A stretch of DNA of 64,000 bases from an uncultured virus (IMG/VR IMGVR_UViG_3300029319_000027) (lineage: Duplodnaviria; Heunggongvirae; Uroviricota; Caudoviricetes), in the IMG/VR virus record IMGVR_UViG_3300029319_000027. The stretch is one strand, 5' to 3'. Position 1 is the first letter of the stretch. Each line of letters opens with the position of its first letter. Below, piece by piece: positions 37,962 to 48,755 of the stretch. Under the pieces are notes generated by a model. That model saw only the letters and a list, made by a program, of their open reading frames with translations, had not been told where the DNA came from and did no database searches. The position numbers and the translations under genes were made by a program.

Positions 37962-39200
37962 CTACGCTGCCATTGTTATATCTTTAGTTAATTGCGTTCC
38001 ATCAGATTGAGTAAAAGTAAAGACTAAACTATCTCCAGAACTGTTAGCAGGCATAATTATAAAATTATAAGTGCTACCATCTGATTCTAGCATACGGATA
38101 GCCCTGGTTGCCATGCCTACGGAACTACCACCACCATTAACTGAACCACTAAAAGTTTTATTTATAAAGTAGTTTTTTAAAGGAACTTCTGTGCTTGAAC
38201 CATCAGTATCTGTATAAGATAAGTATCCAAGTGGAGATAACAATCTTGATTGGTCTGCTGTAAATGTAATACTATCAGTAGTATCATCAGTTGAAATAGC
38301 CACTCCACTTCCTGCAACAAAAGTAAGAGTATCAGTAGAACTATCTGCAGTAACAGTTGCTTGTCCTGAGACTGCTATATTTTTAAATACATCTTCTGTT
38401 GTTCCACCTGTTCCTGTATTGGTAATCGTTACAGTATCAGTAGAAGCGTCTGTGGTAATAGATATACCTGAACCACCTGCAAAATTTAAAGTATCTGATG
38501 CTTGGTCAATTGTTATATTATCTTGACCTGAAACAGCAATTGTAGAGAATATGTTTGGCTGTGTAGCAGCAATTGTTATTGTATTGTTACTGCTATCAGG
38601 GGTAAGTGTAATATTAGAACCTGCAGTAATTGTTAGAGTATCTCCAACACTTCCTGCATCTAAGCTTGTAGCTCCAACAGTAACAGTTCCAAAAGCATTG
38701 TTACTATCGATACTTGCCCATTCAATAGTTCCATTTCCTGCATTTCTTATATATTGTCCTGCAGTTCCTTGAGAACCACCAATTGTCATCTTAGAAAAGT
38801 CCAGGTATCCACTTTCTGTAATTTTTACCCATTGAGTACCATTTGTACCAAAGTGAAGTTCTTTTTGTCCTGTAGTACCAATAGCAAAGGTTTTATCAGA
38901 GATAATAGATTTACCATCAATGTAAAGATTTGATTGAGGGATTGTAGAGCCATCGCCTGATTGAACCTGAATTACACCATCGGCAACAGCGAAACCATTG
39001 AAAGAACTAGCAGCACCATTTTGGTCGTCTGTAGCGTTTCCTGTTTCTAACTGATCGTTAGGATTTTTAAAAGTTAAAAGAGTTGCAGATTGATTTATTC
39101 TCTCTACGCCATTAATCTCTGCAATTATTTTGGCTAAGGCATCGCTAGAACTATCTACTACCTCTACCTTGGAATTGCCTTCGTTAATTAAATCAGCCAT
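37962..39200 (-). CDS. Tail fibre-associated protein
   Basis: Three repeats of F..IAVSGQ...AD...DTL.F.AG. Confidence 0.75.
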   Translation of the reverse strand: MADLINEGNSKVEVVDSSSDALAKIIAEINGVERINQSATLLTFKNPNDQLETGNATDDQNGAASSFNGFAVADGVIQVQSGDGSTIPQSNLYIDGKSIISDKTFAIGTTGQKELHFGTNGTQWVKITESGYLDFSKMTIGGSQGTAGQYIRNAGNGTIEWASIDSNNAFGTVTVGATSLDAGSVGDTLTITAGSNITLTPDSSNNTITIAATQPNIFSTIAVSGQDNITIDQASDTLNFAGGSGISITTDASTDTVTITNTGTGGTTEDVFKNIAVSGQATVTADSSTDTLTFVAGSGVAISTDDTTDSITFTADQSRLLSPLGYLSYTDTDGSSTEVPLKNYFINKTFSGSVNGGGSSVGMATRAIRMLESDGSTYNFIIMPANSSGDSLVFTFTQSDGTQLTKDITMAA

Positions 39201-39201
39201 C

Positions 39202-42200
39202 TTATCCTTCTAATGCCTCTACTCTTGATTTTAGTGCTTCATTTTCTGCCGAGAGCTCTTGTACTGCTTTTACTAATGGACCTATAAAATTGTTAAAGTA
39301 TAAATGAGGATGTCTGTTTTCATCTGGCATATATGCTTCACACTCTTCAACAGTATCATGTATCCAATTAGTAACTGTTCCATCTATTTCAGTAAATTTA
39401 AAATAATCTTCACAACATGTTTCTTCACATGTGTAATTTCCTTCTTCAAAGTTTTCTAATTCTTCATTAGTACATATTGCAGGATGAGAGCATCTATCTC
39501 TGTATTCGTATTTACTGCTATAGTCTTCAACTAATTTATAATCTAAGCTGTTATCTGTTAGGTAGTCTTGTATATCTTCAGCTATAAGACCTGTATATTT
39601 TTGCGTTCCGTATTCATCAGTATCAATCATAGTAAAATCTTTTACGGTCAAATCATTTATAAAATCTAAACCTAAAGCTGTATCTACAATGTTTTCTTTT
39701 ATGTTTCTTGAAGAAGCGTTAATGTTTTGTCCATAAAAAGTTCCAAAAAAGTTTTGTGAATACATATTGCTAAATCTATTAGAAGTAGAAACACCTATTT
39801 TTTTGGTACCGGTAGGGGTTGCTACACTTATAGAACCAGAAGTACTTTTATTAAAAGTTACAGTGCTACCACTTGAACTTATAGAACTTAAAAATGTTGA
39901 TGTACCACTTGTGGAAAAAGAAACTGTACTACCTGTAGCAGTACCATTTGCAGATATTGTAGAGATACCACTAGAACCAGAGTGAGTATGATCTGACCTA
40001 GCTACAGTTGATTGACTACCGGTACCAGCAAAACTAACATGAAGTCCATGGTCATTGCCTAGCCAAGAAGAAGTAGAGCTATGAGCATGGCTACCTATAT
40101 TAGATATATCACTTTCACTATGGCTATGAGATGTAGCAGCAAAACTATGGTCGCTATCTGGGTGGTCATTACCAGAAGGAAGGTCTATCCAATCAATTCT
40201 TGAACCTGTGCTACTAAGTACTTGTCCACTAGTACCAAGGTCTCCATCTTTATCTTTAATTGCGTATGGTCTAACAGACATGTTAAATGTAGCTGAATCA
40301 GAACTAGAAGAGCCTGGACCATCAAAAAGTAATGTAGGAGAACCTGTGAAATCAGTTTTAATTCCTGGTGCATCTGCACCTAAATGTAAATAATCATCTT
40401 GTGTAGTTATATAAGCAATTTTGTTATAGTCATCAGCACCTGATTGATTAGTCCAAATTAAATCTGCGTCATCAGGACTAGTTGGGAAATTTGATTCAAG
40501 TCGAAATCCCATATCATCATTAGTACCAAGTCCATCAAACAAAAGTTGCATAGTTGAACCACTTGTAGAAGTTGGAGTTAAAACTAATTGGTCTCTTATA
40601 AAAACTTTATTATTAGTTCCTGTTGTGTTCAAATATAAATCATCATTAAATGTATATATCTGAGTATCGCCTACATCTAAAGTTGTCTTACCTGTGCTTG
40701 GAGTAGCACTTGATGCACTATCAACTCTTACATCAACACTGTTAAAGAAAGCGTCTCCATCAGATTTTATTTTGAAACCATCAGTAGAGCTAAAGTTACT
40801 AGAAGCAATTTCTGTGCCACTAATTGTTATACCTGCAATAGTTCCTATATTTGTATCATCTAAGTTTGCACCTACAGCTAATACACCTGTTAGGTTCAAT
40901 TTAGCTGCATCAATAGTAATTCCTTCAGAAGATGCATTTATTGTTGCAAGTATTGTTCCTGATTCTGCACCACCAATATCTCCTGCGTCAAAGTTGATTT
41001 GTGAAGTTGTGATGGTTGGAAGTCTATTTATGTTAATTGTTCCTGCAGTTATGTCTCCTGCGTTTAATGAACCTCTAATAGTTGCATTTTGAAACTCTGC
41101 ACTACCATCAGGACTTATCTGCCAACCTGCAGAACCTGAAGAATAGTTTTGTGATTTTATAAACCCTGAAGTATTACTACTAGAGCCAACAATTATTTCT
41201 CCACCGATAATACTTCCTGAAGTTAATTTATCTGCTGATAAGTCATTTACCTTAGCTGAGGTAATCTGTGCGTCCCCAATCTTTGCAGTTGTTATTTGAG
41301 CGTCTCCGATTTTTGCTGTAGTAATAGTTGCATCAGATATATTTGCTTCTGCAATTAAGTTACCACCTGCAGACTGTCCATCTGAAGGACTAGATTCATT
41401 ACCTGATTTGTCAACAGCTACAATTCTAAAATATTTACTTACAGAGTCTTCTACTTCTATAGTGCCAATAACAGGTATAGCTTGTAGTAAGTTTCCTGAA
41501 GTAACTCTTATCTCGCCAATCTTATTAGCAGTATTAACTGTAAAATCTTGAACATTTCCATCTTGGTCAACGGCATGTACATCTAAGTGATCTACATCGC
41601 CTTCTAATGTGAAATTACCAAAAGGATTACCATTACCGTCTGTTCCATCTTTACCTAGATAATGTGTAACCTGGACACGCAATGGACCTGCTGCAATAGT
41701 TGCAGTCTTTGGTTTTGAAGGTGCTTGCCCATCTTTTTCTATTTCTACTCTTGCGTTAGTTGCAAAACTTGGGTTTACAGATGAAGAGTTAGTATATAAG
41801 TCTTCTCCTGAACCATCGTAAGCAGACATTTTTTTATTGCCTGATTTGTCTACTACAGCAACACCTATGTCATAAGTAACACCAACTGTTAAGTCTTGTA
41901 GTAATAAACTTTCTGAACTTACTCCTGTAAAAGGAAAGTTCTGATAAGAATATTGAGTATCAGTAGTTTTTTTATAACGAACTTTGTAATGACTACCGTC
42001 TGTTATCTGAGAACCATTTTCGTTAGTAGGTTTTGCAACTGTAACCCTTATAAAACCTTTTGAGTTTCCTGTTGCATCTAAATAAGTACCTGCTTGTAAA
42101 GTAGGAGTTGTAGGTAAGTCAGGAATAGAAAATACACCTGCTGTAACTCTGCTTAATGAGAACTCATCAAATCTTAAATCATCTCCAACAAATCTAATTA

Positions 42201-43413
42201 CATCGCCAAGTTCTACTTGTGCAGAACCTGATTCAAACTGTACATAAGGAGATAGGTCTGTATAGTTACCATCTTTATCACGATAGTAAACACCCATGCC
42301 ATCTGAGACAGGGAAGGTTATTCCAAGAACTCTAACTTTTACAGGTGTTATGTTTTGACCTCTAAAGGTTACTTCATACAAGTCTCTACTTTCTGCAGTA
42401 GCATCTGCACTTGTATCAACAAACCCTATGTCAGGGTCAAAAGCGAATATAAAGTCGCCAACTTGAAAGTCTCCTGAAACTTCGTATTGTTCTAAATCTA
42501 AGTTCAATACTTTTTTAATTCTTGATAATTCATTAAGAATTAACTGTGCTCTTGAATTTAGTAAATCAGCATCAACTTCAGGCTGTTGCACCATACCAAC
42601 ACGGGTAAGTTCATTACCATGTAAATCTTTATATGGATTAGATGAAATAGTTGCTTCTCCTGCAACATCTGTTGCTGTGTCGAAATATCCAACTTCTCCA
42701 ACAAAATCTACTCTTGATACAAAATCAGTAGCATCAAATTCTGTTTTTAGACCTTGAGGAACAATACCTTCAAAGGCAGGGTCTTCTCCATAACCTGTTC
42801 TAACAACTATTGTTGTTGGGTCTGAATTTACACCAGCAAATAAGTTAGCTGATGGTCCTGCGTCAATAGTTCCGTTTGAATTTATGCGATATTCTGTACT
42901 TAGTACTTCTGATACTTCTTTTAGTGCAGCTAAAGAGGTTTGAACAAAGTGGCTACCTGAATAAGTTCCTGATGGTTCAAAAATATTACCTTGGGTAATA
43001 GCCATGGTATTTCCTGATTCGTTTCTCATGATACCTAGTGGCTTGTTAGTTACTGCTGTTGATTGAAACAATGTCTCAGCTAATGTGGTATTTTTATATA
43101 CCCTTACTGAACCTACTCCTTTTGTTTCTGCAATTGCTTGACCTTTACCTTCTCCATCTCCAAGATAAAGTTGTAGACCTTGACCTGATATATTTACGAA
43201 ACCTTCTTCTAGTTCACGATTAAGTACTATTCCTGTATATCTTGCAGTGCTTAATATATCTGAGTCGGCTAAAGTATCAACATCTATTTCTTGTGGAGTA
43301 ACAACAATATGACCCCATTCAGTTATAGATTCAATTATTTCTGTCGGTGTAAATTCTTGTGAAAAAGTAACCGTAAAGTTACCTGTTCCCATCAACCTTT
43401 CGGTAATAGCCAT
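39202..43413 (-). CDS. Central tail tip protein with Fn3-like region and C-terminal intramolecular chaperone (peptidase S74-like)
   Basis: Position after the distal tail gene; ITTAKIGDAQ repeats; SSRNIKENI...GLIAED...LVKAVQELS. Confidence 0.85.
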   Translation of the reverse strand: MAITERLMGTGNFTVTFSQEFTPTEIIESITEWGHIVVTPQEIDVDTLADSDILSTARYTGIVLNRELEEGFVNISGQGLQLYLGDGEGKGQAIAETKGVGSVRVYKNTTLAETLFQSTAVTNKPLGIMRNESGNTMAITQGNIFEPSGTYSGSHFVQTSLAALKEVSEVLSTEYRINSNGTIDAGPSANLFAGVNSDPTTIVVRTGYGEDPAFEGIVPQGLKTEFDATDFVSRVDFVGEVGYFDTATDVAGEATISSNPYKDLHGNELTRVGMVQQPEVDADLLNSRAQLILNELSRIKKVLNLDLEQYEVSGDFQVGDFIFAFDPDIGFVDTSADATAESRDLYEVTFRGQNITPVKVRVLGITFPVSDGMGVYYRDKDGNYTDLSPYVQFESGSAQVELGDVIRFVGDDLRFDEFSLSRVTAGVFSIPDLPTTPTLQAGTYLDATGNSKGFIRVTVAKPTNENGSQITDGSHYKVRYKKTTDTQYSYQNFPFTGVSSESLLLQDLTVGVTYDIGVAVVDKSGNKKMSAYDGSGEDLYTNSSSVNPSFATNARVEIEKDGQAPSKPKTATIAAGPLRVQVTHYLGKDGTDGNGNPFGNFTLEGDVDHLDVHAVDQDGNVQDFTVNTANKIGEIRVTSGNLLQAIPVIGTIEVEDSVSKYFRIVAVDKSGNESSPSDGQSAGGNLIAEANISDATITTAKIGDAQITTAKIGDAQITSAKVNDLSADKLTSGSIIGGEIIVGSSSNTSGFIKSQNYSSGSAGWQISPDGSAEFQNATIRGSLNAGDITAGTININRLPTITTSQINFDAGDIGGAESGTILATINASSEGITIDAAKLNLTGVLAVGANLDDTNIGTIAGITISGTEIASSNFSSTDGFKIKSDGDAFFNSVDVRVDSASSATPSTGKTTLDVGDTQIYTFNDDLYLNTTGTNNKVFIRDQLVLTPTSTSGSTMQLLFDGLGTNDDMGFRLESNFPTSPDDADLIWTNQSGADDYNKIAYITTQDDYLHLGADAPGIKTDFTGSPTLLFDGPGSSSSDSATFNMSVRPYAIKDKDGDLGTSGQVLSSTGSRIDWIDLPSGNDHPDSDHSFAATSHSHSESDISNIGSHAHSSTSSWLGNDHGLHVSFAGTGSQSTVARSDHTHSGSSGISTISANGTATGSTVSFSTSGTSTFLSSISSSGSTVTFNKSTSGSISVATPTGTKKIGVSTSNRFSNMYSQNFFGTFYGQNINASSRNIKENIVDTALGLDFINDLTVKDFTMIDTDEYGTQKYTGLIAEDIQDYLTDNSLDYKLVEDYSSKYEYRDRCSHPAICTNEELENFEEGNYTCEETCCEDYFKFTEIDGTVTNWIHDTVEECEAYMPDENRHPHLYFNNFIGPLVKAVQELSAENEALKSRVEALEG

Positions 43414-44684
43414 TACGCCCTCACTAGTCGTACATTCTCATACAAGCCCTCTAAATACTGATCTCTAACTGCATCAGCAGTGTCGTGATTCTCAGGACTT
43501 GCAGAGTTATACTCATAACCTGCGAATACTTTGAATTGGTCAGAACTAATGTGTATCAATCTATTTGTAGTATCTGCTGTGTAGCCTTGTGGACTACCAA
43601 ATAAAAACTTTTGCCCATCTGTGTCAACACTACTTTCAATTGCATATCCTGTACTGTTGGTAATTGTATTTGCAGTAACTAGTTTTACATTCTTTCTTGA
43701 GTTTGTTGCTCTTGCACTAGTACCACCTTCAGATATAACAAATGATGCATGATGTGCTCCTCTTCTAAGAGTTACATCAACAGTTAATCTTCCATCTCCA
43801 TAACTGTCTTCTGAATAAGTTGTAAATCTTACTGCAACCTCTTGGGGTTCATTTCTCATTATTTGTACAGTTTGCCAAACATTCCATTCAGTTTCAGCAC
43901 TACCTCTTGATATGGCAATCTCTCTAGAACTGCCATATGTTCCATTGTCATAAAAAGATAAAGTAAATCTTGATTGGTCTGTTGTACTTCCTGATGTTAC
44001 TTTTACAATTCCATTAGAAAGTTCAACACCTGTAGGTAAGTTTCTTGTTAAGTATCCTGTTTTAACAACTGAATCTATTGTTACTTTTGATGCACCTTTA
44101 TAAAAGTTTTCAGGTTCAACTATCCAATTAGCTGCATTATCTCTTAAATCATTTGCATAGAATAAAGATACATTACCTTCATCTGTTGCTCTTACAACAG
44201 CAGTAGGTCTTGAGCTATGCTTGTAGTTTATTGTATTAACGGGAACAGCATGGAAAGGACCATAAGTTGTACTTCCTGTTGTTATGCTGTGGGAGTTTGT
44301 TAATAATGAACCTGACATATTAGACTCAAAGAACATTTCTGAAGGTCTACCTTTTACTTCGAGTGTTAGATCATAACTAAAATAACCTGTTGCTAACTTT
44401 ACATAACCAACACTTACGCCTACTACTTTACAATAACCCTTCATTGTTGTGTCGCCTTCATAAGTAAAAGGCAACAATAAATTAGAATTACCCATAGAAA
44501 TTAATTCATCTCTTAATTTTTTAGAGCTAGCAATAAAAGCAGCACCATCTCCTGAACCACATAAAGAACCTGAAATACTTATTTCTCTGTCTAAAGAGTT
44601 TCTATTACCTGTCTGTACAGAATTTTCATCAATTCTTCTTGGAGAAGTAAATGTCATTCTTCCGACTGTTATTGTGTTAGCCAT
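43413..44684 (-). CDS. Minor (distal) tail protein
   Basis: Synteny directly after the tape measure gene. Confidence 0.65.
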   Translation of the reverse strand: MANTITVGRMTFTSPRRIDENSVQTGNRNSLDREISISGSLCGSGDGAAFIASSKKLRDELISMGNSNLLLPFTYEGDTTMKGYCKVVGVSVGYVKLATGYFSYDLTLEVKGRPSEMFFESNMSGSLLTNSHSITTGSTTYGPFHAVPVNTINYKHSSRPTAVVRATDEGNVSLFYANDLRDNAANWIVEPENFYKGASKVTIDSVVKTGYLTRNLPTGVELSNGIVKVTSGSTTDQSRFTLSFYDNGTYGSSREIAISRGSAETEWNVWQTVQIMRNEPQEVAVRFTTYSEDSYGDGRLTVDVTLRRGAHHASFVISEGGTSARATNSRKNVKLVTANTITNSTGYAIESSVDTDGQKFLFGSPQGYTADTTNRLIHISSDQFKVFAGYEYNSASPENHDTADAVRDQYLEGLYENVRLVRA

Positions 44685-44685
44685 A

Positions 44686-44790
44686 CTATCTACACCTCAT
44701 GCAATGTTCATAATTAATTTTAAAAAAATATTCTCCACAATTCATACATGGCTCTAAATCTTTACCTGACCTATTATCTAACAATGCCAC
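44686..44790 (-). CDS. 34-aa Zn-ribbon microprotein
   Basis: GTG start; MALLDNRSGKDLEPCMNCGEYFFKINYEHCMRCR with two CxxC. Confidence 0.45.
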   Translation of the reverse strand: MALLDNRSGKDLEPCMNCGEYFFKINYEHCMRCR

Positions 44791-47700
44791 TTCTTCCGTC
44801 TTTCTTTAATTTATTTAATTCTTTTTGTATCAATTGTGCAGTTCTTCTTGCTGCGATTGGGTCAGATGGCATACCAGATACATTTAAGTTTACTGTGTTA
44901 TAAGTGTCTCCACTCCCTCTTCCACCCATAGGTGTTATCTGTCCACCACCACCAGGGAATGCTTTCATCATTTCAGGTCCATATTCTCCAACTAAGTAAT
45001 TTTGTCCTGGTTTAAATGAGCCACCCATATGTCTAGCAATTGGAGAACCTGTAATTCCTGGTTTATACATTCCTGGATTGTTTAATTGATTCATTATGGA
45101 AGCTCGAACTTGGAAACCTTGTCTTCTTGTTGCTGATGTAGTATCTAGGTCAGTGAAATAAGCTGATGTTTCATTATTATATTTTTGTGCAAGACCAACT
45201 AGCATGTTCATCTTATCAATAGGTAACCCTAATGCTTCTGCTGCGGCAATTGCTGCATCAACTGATGTTTGTTTAAAAGTACCCATCTCTTGATACATTT
45301 TTACAGTTAAATCAAGAACTCTTATCTGTGCGTTAGTAATTCCATCTGTTGCCTTTTCTATTTCTTTTGGTATTTCAACTAAACGCTCTTGTGCTTTAGC
45401 TCTATCATCAGCAAGTTGTATAAGTTTTTCTTCTTTACGAGTTTGAGCATCTTCTTCCATCTCAATTGCTTTTTGTCTTTTAGCATCAGCATCTGCCTGT
45501 GTTTTTGTTTTACCATCTATTTCTGCAATTTGGTCAAGTATGTGCTGTCTTTCTAAATCAGCAAATTGTAGTGAACCCATAGAGGCTGCTCTTTCAACCT
45601 CAGCTAAATCCATCTTTAGTTTTTCTTTCTTTAACTGATCTTCAGCAGATAAAGCAAAACCATTTCTAATTTGTTCTTCAATCTTTAGAGCTTCATTCTT
45701 AAGTTCTTGTATTTCTAAAAGTTCTTCTTCGTTAAGTACTGCTTCTTTTTCTACTTCAGCAATTTCTTTGTTAATGTCTGCTATGTCTTGTAGAACTTGT
45801 GTTCTTTCTTCTCCGAGTTCTATAATTCTTTCTTCTAATTCAACAATTGAATCTTCAGTATCTTCAAGAGCCATGACTGTTTTCATAGGTCCTGTAATGT
45901 CATTTACTGCTGTTTGAAAATCTGTAGCTTTTTGTGCAATAGCATTGTAGAACTGTTCCATCTTGGTTAATTCATCAACTTGATTACCTAAGAAAAGTTC
46001 CTGCATTCCTAATGCATTAGCTATGTCTTCGTTTTCTCCTGCTAAATCTTTTGCTGTCTTTAATAAGAACTCCTCATTTACTAACATCCTTGATGTTACT
46101 GTGTCTAACTTGTCTTGTTCTTTTAGTTCATCTCTAACAAGTCTTAGGAGTTTTTGCTTTTCTTGTTCTCTTTTTTGTACACCTTCATTTACTAACTGAA
46201 GTTCAAGTAAAATTAAATCTCTCATAGCTTCTTTTTCTTCAGATGTAATTCCATCAATCCTAGCTATAGTGTCTAAATATTCTTCAGCAGATTTTATTAA
46301 GGGTCCGTATCCTTCTTTGTCTATTTCTTTAAGTGAGTCAATAGCACTAGAAAGTAACTGTCTGTCTAAAGTAGCAAAGTCTGCACCTGTACCACCAACA
46401 TCTAAAGCATTTAATATTTGTTCTTTAACAGCTTGAGGGATAGCTTCTGCACCAAAAAGTTTAAGGAAGTCATCAGTTGTTACTTCTCCTTCTCTAATTC
46501 CTTCCCTAATCTTTTCAGCTACAGCCTCTGGAAGATTTGCTAATAAATTATCAAAAGCATCAACACTTGGTTGCCTCTCTAAAAATGCTCCTGAGAAAAC
46601 TCCATCAATATCTGAGAATGCTTCTTTGACTGCTTTACCACCTTGTGTGAATGCATCAAGTGCTTCTTGACCTTCTTTAAGATTTTTCATGAATACTACT
46701 AAAGCTACACCAACTGCTAAAAATGGACCAAGGGTAGATAGCTTTATTGCTTTGCCCATTTTGGAAATGGCAACACCTAATCTTGTAAACCCTTTTGCTG
46801 CTTCTTTAGAGCTCTTTGCGTTTTCTAAAAATAAGTCTCCTGTTTTTTTAAGATTTCTTATAGCTAAACCTAGACCTGCTGTTGCTAAGGTTGTAAACAT
46901 TCCAAGATTTTCTCCTAGAACTCTAGCTAATCCTCTAAATGCTTTTGTAATGCCTAGAATTGCTTGTAAAAATCTTTCTATTAGTGGAAGTAAGTTATCG
47001 CCTAATTCAATTGCAATAGCATTGAAAGTAGATTTTATCTGTGCGTTTAATTGAACAATAGTTCCGAATCTTTGTTCTGCTTCTTCATTCAAAGCATTTT
47101 GTTCTACAGCTTCTTTATTAGCTCTGTTGATAGCATCAGCCAAACCTTCTTCGTTATTAGCTAAAGAAGTTAAAGCTCTAGCTACACGAACATTACCTAA
47201 TCCTAAATCTCTTAGAGTTTGATTTAATGAACCACCTGATTCTGATATCTCTGAAAAACCAGATAATACTAACTGTGCTGCACCACCAATATCATCCTCA
47301 ACAATACGCCTAAATTCATCCACATTCATGCCTGCTACATCAGCAAATTTTGCTATTTCCGAACCACCTAATATTGCAGCGTCTTTGAGTATTGTAAAGA
47401 ATTTACCAAGAGCAGTAGCACCTGCCTGGGATTGCTGACCTGTCTCTCTCATTGCAGCAGCAAAAGCAAGGGTCATTTCGGCACTCAAACCTGCACTTGT
47501 TGCTTGAGCACCGAAATTCTGTGCAAGGTTAATTATCTCAGATTCTGTAGCTGCGACATTGTTACCTAACTCAACGAGTATGGCACCAAACTTACCTATT
47601 TCTGTAGTATTTTCATTTACGACTGCTAAAAATCTAGCCATTGATGTGGCTGCTTCTTGACCTGTCATGTTCGTAGCAACAGATAACTTACCTGTAACTT

Positions 47701-48100
47701 CTACGAATTCTGATAGATCATCTGCAGAGACACCTAACTGTCCTGCTACTTCTCCTAATTTTGCAAGTTCTCCTGCTGCTAAAGGTATTCGTTGTGAAAG
47801 GTCTAATAAATCTGCTTTAATTTGTTCAAAAACTTTAGGGTCTTTAACATCTGACATTGTCTTTTTAACAAGTGCAAATTGGTCTTCAAATCTTATAGCA
47901 GCTTGAGCAGATGTTGCTAATGCTACACCTAGACCTGCAATTGTAGAAACACCAATAACTGAAAGACCTGCTGATGCTTTATTAAAACTTTGAGCTATAT
48001 TACCGACTGATGAAGAAAAGGCTTTTGTTGCCTGATTTGCCATTGCAGCAGCATTAGAACTTATCTTTACAAATAACGAACCTATCTGTTGACTTGCCAT
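44774..48100 (-). CDS. Tail tape measure protein
   Basis: TP901-type core (FEDQFA.VKKT, AGQLG, LGNNVAATESEI), coiled coil and YLVGEYGPE. Confidence 0.95.
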   Translation of the reverse strand: MASQQIGSLFVKISSNAAAMANQATKAFSSSVGNIAQSFNKASAGLSVIGVSTIAGLGVALATSAQAAIRFEDQFALVKKTMSDVKDPKVFEQIKADLLDLSQRIPLAAGELAKLGEVAGQLGVSADDLSEFVEVTGKLSVATNMTGQEAATSMARFLAVVNENTTEIGKFGAILVELGNNVAATESEIINLAQNFGAQATSAGLSAEMTLAFAAAMRETGQQSQAGATALGKFFTILKDAAILGGSEIAKFADVAGMNVDEFRRIVEDDIGGAAQLVLSGFSEISESGGSLNQTLRDLGLGNVRVARALTSLANNEEGLADAINRANKEAVEQNALNEEAEQRFGTIVQLNAQIKSTFNAIAIELGDNLLPLIERFLQAILGITKAFRGLARVLGENLGMFTTLATAGLGLAIRNLKKTGDLFLENAKSSKEAAKGFTRLGVAISKMGKAIKLSTLGPFLAVGVALVVFMKNLKEGQEALDAFTQGGKAVKEAFSDIDGVFSGAFLERQPSVDAFDNLLANLPEAVAEKIREGIREGEVTTDDFLKLFGAEAIPQAVKEQILNALDVGGTGADFATLDRQLLSSAIDSLKEIDKEGYGPLIKSAEEYLDTIARIDGITSEEKEAMRDLILLELQLVNEGVQKREQEKQKLLRLVRDELKEQDKLDTVTSRMLVNEEFLLKTAKDLAGENEDIANALGMQELFLGNQVDELTKMEQFYNAIAQKATDFQTAVNDITGPMKTVMALEDTEDSIVELEERIIELGEERTQVLQDIADINKEIAEVEKEAVLNEEELLEIQELKNEALKIEEQIRNGFALSAEDQLKKEKLKMDLAEVERAASMGSLQFADLERQHILDQIAEIDGKTKTQADADAKRQKAIEMEEDAQTRKEEKLIQLADDRAKAQERLVEIPKEIEKATDGITNAQIRVLDLTVKMYQEMGTFKQTSVDAAIAAAEALGLPIDKMNMLVGLAQKYNNETSAYFTDLDTTSATRRQGFQVRASIMNQLNNPGMYKPGITGSPIARHMGGSFKPGQNYLVGEYGPEMMKAFPGGGGQITPMGGRGSGDTYNTVNLNVSGMPSDPIAARRTAQLIQKELNKLKKDGRSGIVR

Positions 48101-48104
48101 CTAT

Positions 48105-48386
48105 TTATATTCCTAACTCATCCATAGCAGTATCAAGTGATACTGATACTCTTGGGATATTTTTTCCTGTTTTTTCGTTGAATTCTTGTTCTTGTTTCAT
48201 TTCTTCATACAGTTCTGCCATAAATGGCGAATAAAAACTAGATTCTTGGGAAACAAGATTAAACAAGAGAACTCTAAATCGTCTCCATGTTAGGGACAGA
48301 GGGTTTAAATTATAGAACCTTTGAAAATCTGCCTCTACCGAATTCCATCTTTCTACGACATCATCGATAGAGATACTTATTTTGGG
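48105..48386 (-). CDS. Tail assembly chaperone, -1 frameshift extension (T part of G-T)
   Basis: C CCA AAA heptamer directly before TAA; -1 frame open to 48105 encoding WNSVEADFQRFY...LTWRRFRVLL. Confidence 0.85.
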   Translation of the reverse strand, partial: PKISISIDDVVERWNSVEADFQRFYNLNPLSLTWRRFRVLLFNLVSQESSFYSPFMAELYEEMKQEQEFNEKTGKNIPRVSVSLDTAMDELGI

Positions 48387-48721
48387 TCTTCTTCAGTTCC
48401 TTCTGTAACTTCTAAATCGCTTTGATTTTGAATTACTCCGTACTCAACAAGTAACCAACCAAGTAACTCTTCCAACTGCTTCCAACCTACGCCCGACTCT
48501 AACATATCGTTAAGTATCTGGTCTCCAAGTAAAGCACCTAGCCACTTTGTCATGTCGTTAGGGTTCAACTCTCCTGATTCATTTTGCAAAGTTAATTGCA
48601 TCAAAACCACACGAGCAGGTAGCTGGGCAGGTACTTCGTATTCCCGTCCAGCTATCTTGAACTCTAAAGTGTCTTCTACTTCCTCGCTGATTGCTGCGTC
48701 AAAATCTTTATACTCTGACAT
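48377..48721 (-). CDS. Tail assembly chaperone (G)
   Basis: Between major tail and tape measure genes; ends EDPK at the slippery site. Confidence 0.85.
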   Translation of the reverse strand: MSEYKDFDAAISEEVEDTLEFKIAGREYEVPAQLPARVVLMQLTLQNESGELNPNDMTKWLGALLGDQILNDMLESGVGWKQLEELLGWLLVEYGVIQNQSDLEVTEGTEEDPK

Positions 48722-48755
48722 TCTTCTCCTATCTATTTAATTAATTTTAAAAATT

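Noticed and set aside
22011..43413. Diversity-generating retroelement acting on fibres
   Set aside because: No reverse transcriptase and no repeat pair differing only at adenines was seen.
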